Source: a virus
DNA: 64,000 nt
Strand: one strand, 5' to 3'
IMG/VR virus record: IMGVR_UViG_3300027659_000027
Location: 12,025 to 76,024 of that record
Shown: positions 39,957-50,196 of the stretch, piece after piece
How the letters are laid out: the number at the start of each line of letters is the position of its first letter
Position numbering within the stretch: the stretch's first letter is position 1
Notes under the pieces: generated by a model
Databases searched by the model: none
What the model was told of the DNA's origin: nothing
The model's input: the letters and a program-made list of their open reading frames with translations, nothing else
Made by a program: the position numbers and the translations under genes

Positions 39957-42900
39957 TTATACGCCATCGTACACGATATACCTGTTCTTCCACAGCACCA
40001 CATCTCCTACCGTCAACCCATCGAAGAACTCCTGTGTGTCCTCAAATACTTTCACTACCGTTCCCTCTGGTGGGGTTTTACGCTTAACAGTTAACAATAT
40101 GCGCTTAAACTTCTGGTCCCAACCAAGGGTTATGCCGTTACCTGTGAACGGGTTTATTCCTGGTACATTTAAGAACTTAGACAGGAACCGGTTCAACCCG
40201 GAGTTCATGGTCTTCAGTCCATTCTTGTATATGAACATTTCTCCTTGCTTAGCATCTATGAACACATAGCCAACCGGTGTAAGTATGCATGCAAGTTCGT
40301 GTTGAGTTCCCGCATACCCGAGCTTAGCAGCCAGTGCTTCCTGAGGCTCGAACTGGAATATGTCTCCAGTGCCGAGTGTTACACCCAGTAGCCCGCTATC
40401 AAGCTTGGCTTTATCTTGTGTGAGGAACAGCGCGTTCTCGTGGTGTATAAGCAGCTTGTCGTCCATACCCACCAGGTGGAGTATACGCCCCATGTTCTTT
40501 TGAGCTTCGTAGTAATCCAGCGGAAGGAAAGTTCTCCACGACCGTGTCTTACTTTGACGGCTAACCTTACCACCACGATGTATCCGGAATGGCGCCTTGT
40601 ACAACAGCTCCTTGAAAGGAGAAAATATGGTAGAGGATATTAAGTCGTTCAGTGCGTTGAGATCGTTTGAGTAACCGAACTGGTTAGGGTCAAAGTTCCT
40701 GTCAAAGTCTATGATGTACGAGTTGCCCGGCCCCCACGATACGCCTGTTTTAGGGTACCACTTTGAGTAGATGTTGCCTGGTACTTCATACCTCAGGTGT
40801 ATGTTGGCTACTGCCTCACATACAAACCTGCGTATTACCTTCTTTCCTTTATAGCCTTCAAGATTGTCCCACTGATCAGCACTGTGTCGTCCGTAGGTGT
40901 GGAAGGTGTAGTCACATATAAAGGCATCTCCGCCCCAGTTCGGGGAGAAGTCATTCAGCGGTTTCACTAAGCCTGACCTTATTAGGGTCTGGCTCATAAA
41001 GCTGTTGTATACTTCACTTTTCAACCCTTTAAGGTTTATCAGGTACGTGGTCTCACTTGTAGGGGTGTACTGAGCCTCCGTTTCATTGTACCAGGTCGGG
41101 TGCCGGTATGAGTACATAAAAAACTCCGTGGACGGTATAAGTGCCGGGCCATCAATCTTACCCACATAGGCTGTCTCTGCGTTATTCTGTTGGAATGTCC
41201 CTATACTGACACCATTGGGTGCGTAAGAGTCTATAGAAAGCTTACGTAGCTTTTTACCAGCTGCTGGTACTGTTGGCACCACTGCTTCACTGAGTATCGT
41301 GTAATCCACCAAACTTACCTGAGGTTGTGCCTGAGCACCAGCGAGCAAGTAATGGTTTCTAAGCTTTGTTGCTTTAAGCAGCAGTTGTGTCGACATATAG
41401 TCCACATTCACGCCAGGCCTTGAAAACAGCATATCGAATGGGTGGCATCTTAAGCTGTCGTTACGAATACGTAAGTCATTTTTGTCATCGTACTTGTTAT
41501 TGCCATTGTGTACAACCTCTGAGTGCCAGTTACCACCAGTAGTGTATATAGAGGTAGACCCTGTTGGAGTACCTTGGTTCAACATGCTTACACACCCGTG
41601 CAGCATTAAGCCTTGCCCGAACACAGATACGTTTGCTATCGTTCTCTTTGCGTACAAGATCTCATATCCGGTTATCACGTTATTGTACTTTGCAGGTATG
41701 GTTATGTTCGCTGCTATTACGCCAAGTACATCAAGCTTGGTACGACCGTAGTCTTGCTCGGTAGACCACAGGTTTGTCTTACACCAGTTAAGGGAAGGCA
41801 TCTTATGGTGAAGTACTTTAGCTCCTCTGAGATCTCTACCACCAAGAGAGGTGGAGTCAAAGTCATCGGTTAGCGGGTATGTCTCCGTAGAATTCACCCA
41901 TGGCCCCAGAGTCCCTGTTTTTGCGACCGAGTCGTGAGCCACTATAATGTCCTCCACTTTAAACTTCGGAGCAGCCAGCATGCCCGTGGCAGCCTCTGAG
42001 GATGCAACCTCCCACAATGGGTTCATGTCCATGCCAGGTATCACAAAAGATTTGGTCATCCCTCCTTTACGTAACCGGTACCTGATGTAGAACGCATATA
42101 TTTCCTCGTGCATGAAAGTCTTCTTTTCCCCTGAGGTATGTTCAACTGATGCTCCTACTCCGTTCATCAGCTCACTTTTCCACGTCAATGTAACGAGGTT
42201 GGCGTACGGCTGCATATCATTTATTTCAGGCTCACGTTCGAGCTCAGCTATATATAGAGTGTCGTTAAGCTGTCCCATTGTGCCTATATGGCTGTATATA
42301 GCTGGGGGTATAAGTACCTCTTCCAGGGAAAGCGGTTGCGTCTGGTTGTCCCCTGTGTACAGAGCTACGGCCATCCCACCTGTTATGGGAATGGGTACTT
42401 CTTCAAGCTCTATTGCACTTGTAACTCCAAGTACCTTACTCACCACTGCTATCGTTACCTTGTCGTAAGACTGATCACAATTCTTCACAGTAATCTCAAG
42501 TGCACCGTTGCTTATCAATCCTATACCATCCCCACTCACTGCTTTACCTAAAGTAAGCGGAGAGTATGGCGTTTCTGTACCATCGTTACGTACATACTTT
42601 GTAGCTACATAATAAGTACCCTGCGGAAGCCTGCCACCGGTAGTAACCATAGTGGTTATGTCCGGAGCTACGTAGAAAGGAAAAAGGTTCCAATCATCCA
42701 AGTCTTGTACATCAAGGTTGTCGGCATTGAAGAACTTCGGGAACTCGAACTTATCAGTGAAAGCACAAACCACTTCTGATTTGTAGTTCCTCTGAGCCTG
42801 CCCGATTATCCAGTTGTAGGTTTTATGCCCAAGCTTGTACGGTTTGCTCGAGTCGTCAAATATAGGTTCGTACTGTTCTGTCACCGGGTTAAAGTACCCA

Positions 42901-43136
42901 ATGGCCGTGTTCACGTTATCAGTGGAGAATACAATTGGCTTATCATCAGTTTCTATGATGCCATTAAATTGGTAGGGTACAGTAGCAGCCATCTTGCGAA
43001 ACCCTTCTTCGTTTATCACAGCTCCTTTGATATTGTACTGGATACCGTTTTTACCAAAGGGGTAAGTACCCTCAGGCTGCTGAAGTTGTCTTACATCCAT
43101 TACTAATCCTTTGATCGGGTTCTGTGCAGCTGCCAT
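39957..43136 (-). CDS. Muzzle/tail stabilisation protein (P22 gp10-like), N-terminal part
   Basis: 'KGLVMD', 'HEEIYAFYI', 'WGGDAFI', 'SWRTF', 'YAGTQH' and 'LGWDQKFKRILLT'; follows a ring protein gene. Confidence 0.8.
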   Translation of the reverse strand: MAAAQNPIKGLVMDVRQLQQPEGTYPFGKNGIQYNIKGAVINEEGFRKMAATVPYQFNGIIETDDKPIVFSTDNVNTAIGYFNPVTEQYEPIFDDSSKPYKLGHKTYNWIIGQAQRNYKSEVVCAFTDKFEFPKFFNADNLDVQDLDDWNLFPFYVAPDITTMVTTGGRLPQGTYYVATKYVRNDGTETPYSPLTLGKAVSGDGIGLISNGALEITVKNCDQSYDKVTIAVVSKVLGVTSAIELEEVPIPITGGMAVALYTGDNQTQPLSLEEVLIPPAIYSHIGTMGQLNDTLYIAELEREPEINDMQPYANLVTLTWKSELMNGVGASVEHTSGEKKTFMHEEIYAFYIRYRLRKGGMTKSFVIPGMDMNPLWEVASSEAATGMLAAPKFKVEDIIVAHDSVAKTGTLGPWVNSTETYPLTDDFDSTSLGGRDLRGAKVLHHKMPSLNWCKTNLWSTEQDYGRTKLDVLGVIAANITIPAKYNNVITGYEILYAKRTIANVSVFGQGLMLHGCVSMLNQGTPTGSTSIYTTGGNWHSEVVHNGNNKYDDKNDLRIRNDSLRCHPFDMLFSRPGVNVDYMSTQLLLKATKLRNHYLLAGAQAQPQVSLVDYTILSEAVVPTVPAAGKKLRKLSIDSYAPNGVSIGTFQQNNAETAYVGKIDGPALIPSTEFFMYSYRHPTWYNETEAQYTPTSETTYLINLKGLKSEVYNSFMSQTLIRSGLVKPLNDFSPNWGGDAFICDYTFHTYGRHSADQWDNLEGYKGKKVIRRFVCEAVANIHLRYEVPGNIYSKWYPKTGVSWGPGNSYIIDFDRNFDPNQFGYSNDLNALNDLISSTIFSPFKELLYKAPFRIHRGGKVSRQSKTRSWRTFLPLDYYEAQKNMGRILHLVGMDDKLLIHHENALFLTQDKAKLDSGLLGVTLGTGDIFQFEPQEALAAKLGYAGTQHELACILTPVGYVFIDAKQGEMFIYKNGLKTMNSGLNRFLSKFLNVPGINPFTGNGITLGWDQKFKRILLTVKRKTPPEGTVVKVFEDTQEFFDGLTVGDVVLWKNRYIVYDGV

Positions 43137-43148
43137 AGTGGTGGTTTA

Positions 43149-43940
43149 TTAGTTATAGTTACCTTCCCCGCTATCTACACGAAAGAAGTTCTCGAAGTAA
43201 TTCTCTGGTGGCATTAGCCTGGTCATGGTGTTTACCTTGTGCTCCATTGAGTCAACGGAAGGGTAAGTGATAGCGCTCACGGCTCTGGCTGCATGTACCT
43301 CGAAGCGGCGCATAAGCTCGCCTTCAGCAAACACAGTGTCCCGGTAACCGGCTCCGCCCATCATGGCTCTTACATAGTAGTACAATGCCTGCTTGTAATC
43401 CTCGTTGTCGGGGATCAATGGCATACCTTCACTGTCTACCGGCATAGCCCTGTAATGCACTCGAACTTCGCCATCGGAGAATGAGGTACCAATGGCACCC
43501 ATCTCAACCTGATAGTAAGCGCTTGGGTGTTGTGGAAGTCTGCAAGCAGTGTCTACATCTTCAGAGAATGATGCGTTCCATATTGTGTTGGCGTTCACAC
43601 TAAGGCCAGTCTCCACAGTACTTACCGGAGCCAGCTCAACTACAGTTTCGCTGTTCAGTGAATGTCCGGTGCGTATATCCTTTACCGAGTTTCCTTCTCT
43701 CAGTCTGCTACCGCAGTACTCTACAGCCTTTATGTGGTCAAGCTCACAGGGCAGTAACCCTTTGTGGAAGTTTATCGTGATGTCCTTGTACTTATTAGTA
43801 AGCACGAACTTTGTCTTCATATACCCCATGGCTTCAGGTATCCACTCAGGCATGTCAAACAGATAGGATGTATCCTGTACCCTTGTGTTCCGTATTACCC
43901 TGGAAATTACACTATTGATAGATACTGACTGGTATATCAT
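43149..43940 (-). CDS. Tail ring (tubular) protein
   Basis: 'EWIPEAM', 'LPCEL' and 'VHYRAMPVDSEGMPLIPD' motifs of crAss-like ring proteins. Confidence 0.75.
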   Translation of the reverse strand: MIYQSVSINSVISRVIRNTRVQDTSYLFDMPEWIPEAMGYMKTKFVLTNKYKDITINFHKGLLPCELDHIKAVEYCGSRLREGNSVKDIRTGHSLNSETVVELAPVSTVETGLSVNANTIWNASFSEDVDTACRLPQHPSAYYQVEMGAIGTSFSDGEVRVHYRAMPVDSEGMPLIPDNEDYKQALYYYVRAMMGGAGYRDTVFAEGELMRRFEVHAARAVSAITYPSVDSMEHKVNTMTRLMPPENYFENFFRVDSGEGNYN

Positions 43941-44580
43941 GAGCTGGTAGTTTTAAGTTGTGGATCTTGGTGTCTTCTGTTAATGCATCTTTTCTGGCCT
44001 TAACCAGCGGGTAATACAGGTACCTGTACTTAAGCAGCATGTTCTTTTTAAGAGATCCTGCGAACTCTTGCTTAAACCCGGTACCTCCTTTGTTGTCTTC
44101 CGTTGGTGCGTACTCGTATACAGTCTCGTTACGTACCCTGCCGGTCTTGTGTAAACCTATGCGACAGTAGTCGTCATCGGTAAAGTAGATCAGGCGCTTA
44201 GGTACAAGCTTACCAGTCTTTTCGCTAACCACTTTTGGCTGAAGTGCAGTACGTCCCCAGTTAACCTGCTTGTTGCTGTGGTCGCGTTCTACACGCCTTG
44301 CACACACTTTGCCTACATGGTTTAACAGGTTCACCGCCTCTCCGTTTATTACTGCAGCTTTCGCTGCCAGGAAGAACTCGTCAAGTATCTGACGGAACTT
44401 TTCGTAGCTGAACAGCTCTTCTATTACAAGCTTATCTCCCATCTGTACCTTGCGGAATATAATGGCGTTGGCCAGCTTGTTGTGGGACTTACCCCACCAG
44501 TCGGGATTAAGGGCCAGCAATTGCATCGAGTACTTTTTCCAAGCATCCTTAGCATGCAACATCTTCGGTGTTGAAATCAT
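43912..44580 (-). CDS. IHF/HU-like protein of the crAss structural module
   Basis: 'YEKFRQILDEFF...INGEAVNL..VGKV', 'VNWGRT' and 'IYFTDDDYCRI'; synteny between ring genes. Confidence 0.6.
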   Translation of the reverse strand: MISTPKMLHAKDAWKKYSMQLLALNPDWWGKSHNKLANAIIFRKVQMGDKLVIEELFSYEKFRQILDEFFLAAKAAVINGEAVNLLNHVGKVCARRVERDHSNKQVNWGRTALQPKVVSEKTGKLVPKRLIYFTDDDYCRIGLHKTGRVRNETVYEYAPTEDNKGGTGFKQEFAGSLKKNMLLKYRYLYYPLVKARKDALTEDTKIHNLKLPAHDIPVSIYQ

Positions 44581-44581
44581 A

Positions 44582-45256
44582 TTAGAATGGTTTAGGCTTT
44601 AGGGTTTCCGGATCTTCTGATACGGGTACTTCAGTAGAGGCTGGTACTATGCCTCTGTTGTAATCAATTTGCAGTATGCTCTGAATGATGAGCTGCATTA
44701 TATCCCCGGTAACCGGGTACTCCTTGTTGTAGAAGTCGCAATCGGTAGAGTTACCGAGGTCACAGTTAAGCTTAGCTGCTTCTTCAGGATTGTCAAATAT
44801 GCCCTCAACACGAAGCATTGGTAAGTGCTGGTTACCATACACCCTAACATTTATAGAGTCCCATGTGTACCTTATCACTTTCTTTGAGTACTTACCTTCC
44901 TGCATATACGTCATAAACCCGGAAGGGGTCTCTTGAAAAGGGTTCATACCATTCACTGATCCAACATAATCGAATAAGATTGCATTTGCCCTTAGTGGCT
45001 TTGGCAGTGGAGACTTGGTAATAGATATAGCGCACCCTGGAAAAGAAGTACAGCATGGTACCTCAGAGGTCTCCTCCATTGGGATAAACACCGTCTGGCG
45101 GAAGAACTTCCTCTCCCGTTGGTCTTTATCCACGGAGTTCTTGATCAGCCTCGAACGCCATATATGTATGCGCTCTATAAGCTGCAGTTTGAATGGAATG
45201 TCCAGCTCTTTCTTAAGCTGCCCGGCAATAAGGGTAGTGGCTTCGTTTAGGGTCAT
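44582..45256 (-). CDS. Tail ring or head-tail connector protein
   Basis: 'VEGIFDNPEE...C...YP' motif and synteny. Confidence 0.7.
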   Translation of the reverse strand: MTLNEATTLIAGQLKKELDIPFKLQLIERIHIWRSRLIKNSVDKDQRERKFFRQTVFIPMEETSEVPCCTSFPGCAISITKSPLPKPLRANAILFDYVGSVNGMNPFQETPSGFMTYMQEGKYSKKVIRYTWDSINVRVYGNQHLPMLRVEGIFDNPEEAAKLNCDLGNSTDCDFYNKEYPVTGDIMQLIIQSILQIDYNRGIVPASTEVPVSEDPETLKPKPF

Positions 45257-45270
45257 GGTTATCGGATTTG

Positions 45271-45297
45271 AAAAAGGGCAGTATCACTACCGCCCCT
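45271..45297 (-). terminator. Intrinsic terminator after the auxiliary capsid gene
   Basis: Minus strand GGGCGGTA-GTGA-TACTGCCC-TTTTT. Confidence 0.8.
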
Positions 45298-45319
45298 TTT
45301 AGGTATCTATTTTCTTGGG

Positions 45320-46522
45320 TTAAGCAAATGTTGCCGCAATGTTGGCGCCCTGTCCAGCAGGTACAACCACAAAGATGTAACCCTTGTTCTGATGTAGCTC
45401 AATTGGTGTTGGAGAAGATTCAGACTTCACACCAGTTATAGTAACCACGTCAAAGGTTGTGTTCCCTGCAGCAATGGCTGCATCAAGTACACTTACAGGC
45501 TCTCCAAACTCAGAGGCAGTAAAACCATCGGCCGGATACTGTGTGTTGTTACCACGCTTGATGTTGCCTTCCAGCTCCAGTTGACGAATCTGAGCCACAG
45601 TACCGCTACCTGCATAAGCAGGGGTAGTGTAAGTGTAACCCCAGACGGTATCATTGGTGTTCTGCGCTTTAGACACTTCAACATGAACGGCCAGACGAAA
45701 ATGTCTGTTTACATCAGTTGATATGATCTGTATTCCTGTAGCAGAAGAAACAGCAGTAAAGAACTCACCTTCACTTGCCAGGTTGATCTTGTCAGCGATA
45801 GCGGCTAAAGCAGCTGTTTGGGTTGAGGTCATAACAGCCTGGTAATCGTAAGTAGGTAAAGCATTGTTCAACGGAGTTGTTTCAATTACCTTGAATACAA
45901 TCTCCTGGGTTACTTTTACAGTACCTGAAGTGATAGCCAGTGTTGTGTCCTGAAGTGTTGGGGCTTTGTATGCAGTATTCACCGCATTAATAGTTCCTCC
46001 GATAAATGGTGTTGGCGAAACAACTGTTGAAATTCCACCACTTACTTCATTTACGTAAGCAAAAACAATTGGCTGCTTTTTCTGAGCAGCAGTAAGAACT
46101 GTACCAAAGGTTAAACCCTTCTGGGCTTTTGTACCTTCGTCTGCAAACGCTTGGTAATTACCAACCACGGTTGCTACGGCAGTAACTACAACTGTAGGAT
46201 CAGTAGTGTAACCTGTACCGGCAGCAGTAACCGTAAATGCGGTAACAATACCACCAACTACTGTTGCAGTAGCTGTAGCACCAGTACCACCACCACCAAC
46301 GATGGTAACTAATGGTGGAGTTGCATACAATGTACCACCTACACCAACAGCAATAGAGCCTACAGTAGTGGTAGACCTGGTAACAATACCAGTTGCTCCT
46401 GAGCCAGGTGCCTGTACAAATGAAGGGAATGTTGGAAAGCTAACTGCTGTCCTTGGTGTAAAACCAATTGCAAGCTCGAATGGAACCCCAACGGTTGTTT
46501 TAAAGAATTTGTTCTGGATCAT
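45320..46522 (-). CDS. Auxiliary capsid (decoration) protein, putative
   Basis: Thr/Val-rich beta protein with highly biased codons, a 'GSGT..Q...LE....RG' motif and its own terminator; position matches crAss-like auxiliary capsid genes. Confidence 0.6.
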   Translation of the reverse strand: MIQNKFFKTTVGVPFELAIGFTPRTAVSFPTFPSFVQAPGSGATGIVTRSTTTVGSIAVGVGGTLYATPPLVTIVGGGGTGATATATVVGGIVTAFTVTAAGTGYTTDPTVVVTAVATVVGNYQAFADEGTKAQKGLTFGTVLTAAQKKQPIVFAYVNEVSGGISTVVSPTPFIGGTINAVNTAYKAPTLQDTTLAITSGTVKVTQEIVFKVIETTPLNNALPTYDYQAVMTSTQTAALAAIADKINLASEGEFFTAVSSATGIQIISTDVNRHFRLAVHVEVSKAQNTNDTVWGYTYTTPAYAGSGTVAQIRQLELEGNIKRGNNTQYPADGFTASEFGEPVSVLDAAIAAGNTTFDVVTITGVKSESSPTPIELHQNKGYIFVVVPAGQGANIAATFA

Positions 46523-46541
46523 AGGTAATGGGTTTTAAGGT

Positions 46542-47600
46542 TTAAAGGGTGACTCTTCTCGAAATGTCTGATTCACTTATCGCTGCTCCAGTGGCATTCT
46601 CCAGTACACCTTTAAGGTGCTCCACTGTTAAGTCGCATAGTGCATCGTGAAAGTCCTCAGACACCTCGCAATCTGTACCCAAAAGTAAAGAGATAGACTG
46701 TGGCTTCCTCAGGTAGGACACGTTGACCTTATTTACTATAAAGCTAACGTCGTTATAGATGTATAAGTTTGTGCCCACTAACTCGGATATTGGAGATTTA
46801 TTGGAGGTTTTATAGAACGCAGTGCTCAGCAGGTCGGGTATAACAGAGGATGCAGTCAACCGGTTTGACACCAGAGGGCCATCTCCTTTATGTTGTACCA
46901 TTACCCTTGTTAGTGAAGTGCCGGGAGTGCCAGCATTGCCGTCTATTAACATAGCTGATGGAACTGCAGCATTTGTTGCCACAACCAGTATGTAAGTAGA
47001 CGGGATATAAATATCATCGAACTTCTCCCAGTACACTTCGTATCCTGCACGGCGGAAGGTTTGCAGGATAAACGGGGTAATAAAATTGACGTCCTGCCTC
47101 ATAGGGTACCCGCCATAGGTATTGTTGTAAGGCAAGTCTCCTGGGATGGCCACAGTCTTATCACTTAATGTAACCTGTACGGTTACGTAAAAAGGTGAGC
47201 TAACTTTAACTGTCTTGTCCTGCCTTATCTTTACAACAGACAATGTAACTACAGGCAACTCTTCAGCTACCAACCCACAAAGATCTGTAGCGTTAGAAGA
47301 GTCACTCAGCAGGTGAGTATAGTCTGAAGGTAAATAACATACATACCGGTTGCTGGTAGTGACATAAGCAGGTAGAACACGATTGCTTACTATAAGGTTA
47401 CGTACGGAGTCAACGTCCAGTTGGTCTACTTCAAAGCCTCCTGAGCCGTCCTTTCTCGGTTTAACCTTCGACTGGATGAACCTGTTCATCACTTTGTTAA
47501 GTGCCAGGTCAATCTCCTCGTATAGGAACTTACGTGTACGGTTTGCGAACACCTTTTGAATGCCCTGCTCAACCTGAATATGCATGTCTTTTACTGTCAT
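46542..47600 (-). CDS. Tail ring or head-tail connector protein
   Basis: 'MT..DMH', 'EEIDLALN', 'LPSDY' and 'YLRKP...CE...FH' motifs. Confidence 0.7.
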   Translation of the reverse strand: MTVKDMHIQVEQGIQKVFANRTRKFLYEEIDLALNKVMNRFIQSKVKPRKDGSGGFEVDQLDVDSVRNLIVSNRVLPAYVTTSNRYVCYLPSDYTHLLSDSSNATDLCGLVAEELPVVTLSVVKIRQDKTVKVSSPFYVTVQVTLSDKTVAIPGDLPYNNTYGGYPMRQDVNFITPFILQTFRRAGYEVYWEKFDDIYIPSTYILVVATNAAVPSAMLIDGNAGTPGTSLTRVMVQHKGDGPLVSNRLTASSVIPDLLSTAFYKTSNKSPISELVGTNLYIYNDVSFIVNKVNVSYLRKPQSISLLLGTDCEVSEDFHDALCDLTVEHLKGVLENATGAAISESDISRRVTL

Positions 47601-47622
47601 AATGGTAGGGTTTTAATCGAAG

Positions 47623-48576
47623 TTAGTTTGCAGTTTTTGCTGCTCTTGGTTTAACTACAGTACCTGGCTTCTTTGGAGGTAGCGGTCTTTTCACTGCTTC
47701 CTGCATTCTTGCTTTGTACAATGACACAAACTCAGAGTTTTCTTCATCTTTGAAATAGAAGATCACTTCGTCTATGTTATTACCAATCATCTTGTTGGTT
47801 TCGCCATCAAGATACTTGGCACCGATAACTTTTAGCACTCCGGTATTAACCATGGTTTTTATCCAGTAGCGAACCTCAAGATCAGCTTCTGTATACATCT
47901 TGGAAAACTCGGCCGGGTCAAGCTCTGACTGAGCACGTAATTCTTCCTGCTTAAGCGATAAAGCTTCGGTACCGGTAAACTCTCTTGGGTCAATACCCAG
48001 AAGGGTAAGCATAGAGTCCACTTTGATGGCATCGTTCTTTATCTCCAGGTATATCTGCAGAGCAATGTCTTTGTCGTCGTTCTTCTTGGTATTCTTCTTG
48101 ATCACATCCGATTTATCGAATATGTAGAACTCTTTCAATTGGTTACCATCAGCCTCTTCTTTGGTAACAGCAACACTTGGATGGCCAATGGCATGACGAT
48201 ACCTCAGGTAGTCGTCAAGCTTTAAAGGCATGTTCTTCTCACTCACCGGCTTGGCATTGTCCATGTCCATACCTATCTCTAACTGACGGCCAGTACCATG
48301 AGGTACTTGAGTGTCAAGCTCTACGTAATAGTTAGACACCTTTTTGCGGAACTCCCTGTCTTCTGCAGGTACATCAAGCAGGTACGGTAACAAAAATGCC
48401 TCTTCGCTGAATGTAAGCCCACTGGCTATCCTCTTGGATGAGGTAGACTCCCAGTAGGAGCCAACTGACTTCTTTGTGGTTGAAAGAAAGTCTTCTACGT
48501 CCTTACCTTGTGCTCGTGACAGGAAAGATCCTGCTCTGAACAAGGTTACAATCTTACTGTTCTTGTGATTACTCAT
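47623..48576 (-). CDS. Conserved crAss-like protein downstream of MCP
   Basis: 'GLTFSEE..LLP' and 'DYLRYRHA..HP.VA' motifs; synteny. Confidence 0.7.
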   Translation of the reverse strand: MSNHKNSKIVTLFRAGSFLSRAQGKDVEDFLSTTKKSVGSYWESTSSKRIASGLTFSEEAFLLPYLLDVPAEDREFRKKVSNYYVELDTQVPHGTGRQLEIGMDMDNAKPVSEKNMPLKLDDYLRYRHAIGHPSVAVTKEEADGNQLKEFYIFDKSDVIKKNTKKNDDKDIALQIYLEIKNDAIKVDSMLTLLGIDPREFTGTEALSLKQEELRAQSELDPAEFSKMYTEADLEVRYWIKTMVNTGVLKVIGAKYLDGETNKMIGNNIDEVIFYFKDEENSEFVSLYKARMQEAVKRPLPPKKPGTVVKPRAAKTAN

Positions 48577-48611
48577 GTGATCGGGGTTTAGGGTTACTGT
48601 CGATTAGGGTG

Positions 48612-48619
48612 CAAAGCTA
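48612..48619 (-). promoter_or_regulatory. Bacteroidota sigma-A -7 element (TAGCTTTG)
   Basis: Exact TAnnTTTG match just past the MCP terminator, 35 nt before ATG 48576. Confidence 0.65.
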
Positions 48620-48620
48620 C

Positions 48621-48657
48621 ATAAGAAAGGCCCCCACCTTTCACAGTAGGGGCCTTT
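48621..48657 (-). terminator. Intrinsic terminator after MCP
   Basis: Minus strand AAAGGCCCCTAC...GTGGGGGCCTTT followed by CTTAT. Confidence 0.75.
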
Positions 48658-48675
48658 ACTTCTTAACAGGGTGCT

Positions 48676-50196
48676 TTAGCTAAGCCCTGCAACGCACTGC
48701 AAATCAAAACATCTGTTCGCGCGTAATATCTGGATACCGGCAGACTTGATCCTGGTGTAAGCAGACTTGTCAACGTCAGTTGCAAGTAACTTGCTGTCAT
48801 CAATACCTGCACTGTTACCACCTAACATGATCTCCAGTGAGCGAGGAATCTCGCACAAACCTTTGATCACACCATGACGGAATGAACGCCCTTTCTGAGC
48901 AACGTGCTGAATGTTCGGCTTGCCGTCAACATCGTTGTCATCCAGGAACACCATCCTGTAACTCTCAAGTGGTAAACCACTCTCGGGGTGTAAAGGTGAT
49001 ACCATAGCCTTACGGCCGGTGTCAAAAATCGGGTTGTACTTCACCTTAATGGTGTAGCCGTCAACGTGGTAGAAACCATCGAAGAAGCCACCAAGCATCA
49101 GGTTACGTCCTGTACCGGTTACAAACTTATCAGCAACACCAGTGAAATCGGTCATCAGCGTAGCGCCTCTTTCCTTCATCGCGTTGTCAATCTCTCTGCG
49201 TCCGCCAGTACCTGTCATCAACGTAATGGTCATGTTGCCACTGTCGGACTGTCCGAATAATGCATCACCCACTTTGTTGCTCAGGGTATTGTAGGTTAAA
49301 CGTGAATACGTTCCTTTGTTACCAATCTGCTCAAGTAAGCCAGAGCCACGAGGGATAACCTTACCAGTGTACAGGTCTTTCAATGGGATAGTACCATCGG
49401 CCAGCCTGTTGTACCTGCTGTACCAGTAGTAGTGCTCGCAATCTTCCAACCAGCGTTTCTCAAACTGCCACATTGCAAAGTCTAACCAGAAGTTGGTTTC
49501 GCCTTTATCTGTCTGTGCAGTAATACGCATTACTTTCTGAGCGGCATTACCTGCCCAGCTCATACCGGTACGCATGAAGCCCATTTGGTTCTTGAATGAA
49601 CCTGGCATAGCCATGCTTGACTCAGTAGTACGAGACTCTGATTCAGCAACAGCTGTGTTGATGGCTATCCATTTCACACCCTGAGCCAATTGGTCTGTAG
49701 GGCAGAAATCTTTCGGGCCGGCAGGATCTAACTGCACCTTGTACTTAAAGCCACCGGTTGGGTTTGGTTCGGGATCGTCCAATACATACGCTTGGATACC
49801 TCTTTCACTTTCAATGGTGAAAAAGCGTTTGATCCAGTTGTCGCCAAGGATGATGTAGAACGGTTGGTGGGCAATACCCGGCTTATCACCGGATACATAC
49901 AAAGAATCGTATGTGATACTCACTTTGTTGTCACGACCCATTACAGGGTACGTATATTGTACATCGTCCAGCTCAACAGCTGCTTTGCCATTACCGTAGC
50001 CAACTCCACCTACTGTCATAGTAGAAATGGGGAATGACTTATTGTAATCGCCTAAGATGTACGTCAGTTTCTTTGTAAGCTCAGAAGGAGCGCCTTGCCT
50101 CTGGTGGTAGAAGTTGGTTTCGTCCAACATCGACTTAGAGTCAAAAATCGTCTCCTGAACCTGATACTTCATGGCCGGGAATAATTGGTTTGACAT
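48676..50196 (-). CDS. Major capsid protein (crAss-like HK97 fold)
   Basis: 506 aa with 'GSGLLEQI', 'TGTGG' and 'HPESGLPLESYRMVFLD'; follows portal and scaffold. Confidence 0.92.
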   Translation of the reverse strand: MSNQLFPAMKYQVQETIFDSKSMLDETNFYHQRQGAPSELTKKLTYILGDYNKSFPISTMTVGGVGYGNGKAAVELDDVQYTYPVMGRDNKVSITYDSLYVSGDKPGIAHQPFYIILGDNWIKRFFTIESERGIQAYVLDDPEPNPTGGFKYKVQLDPAGPKDFCPTDQLAQGVKWIAINTAVAESESRTTESSMAMPGSFKNQMGFMRTGMSWAGNAAQKVMRITAQTDKGETNFWLDFAMWQFEKRWLEDCEHYYWYSRYNRLADGTIPLKDLYTGKVIPRGSGLLEQIGNKGTYSRLTYNTLSNKVGDALFGQSDSGNMTITLMTGTGGRREIDNAMKERGATLMTDFTGVADKFVTGTGRNLMLGGFFDGFYHVDGYTIKVKYNPIFDTGRKAMVSPLHPESGLPLESYRMVFLDDNDVDGKPNIQHVAQKGRSFRHGVIKGLCEIPRSLEIMLGGNSAGIDDSKLLATDVDKSAYTRIKSAGIQILRANRCFDLQCVAGLS

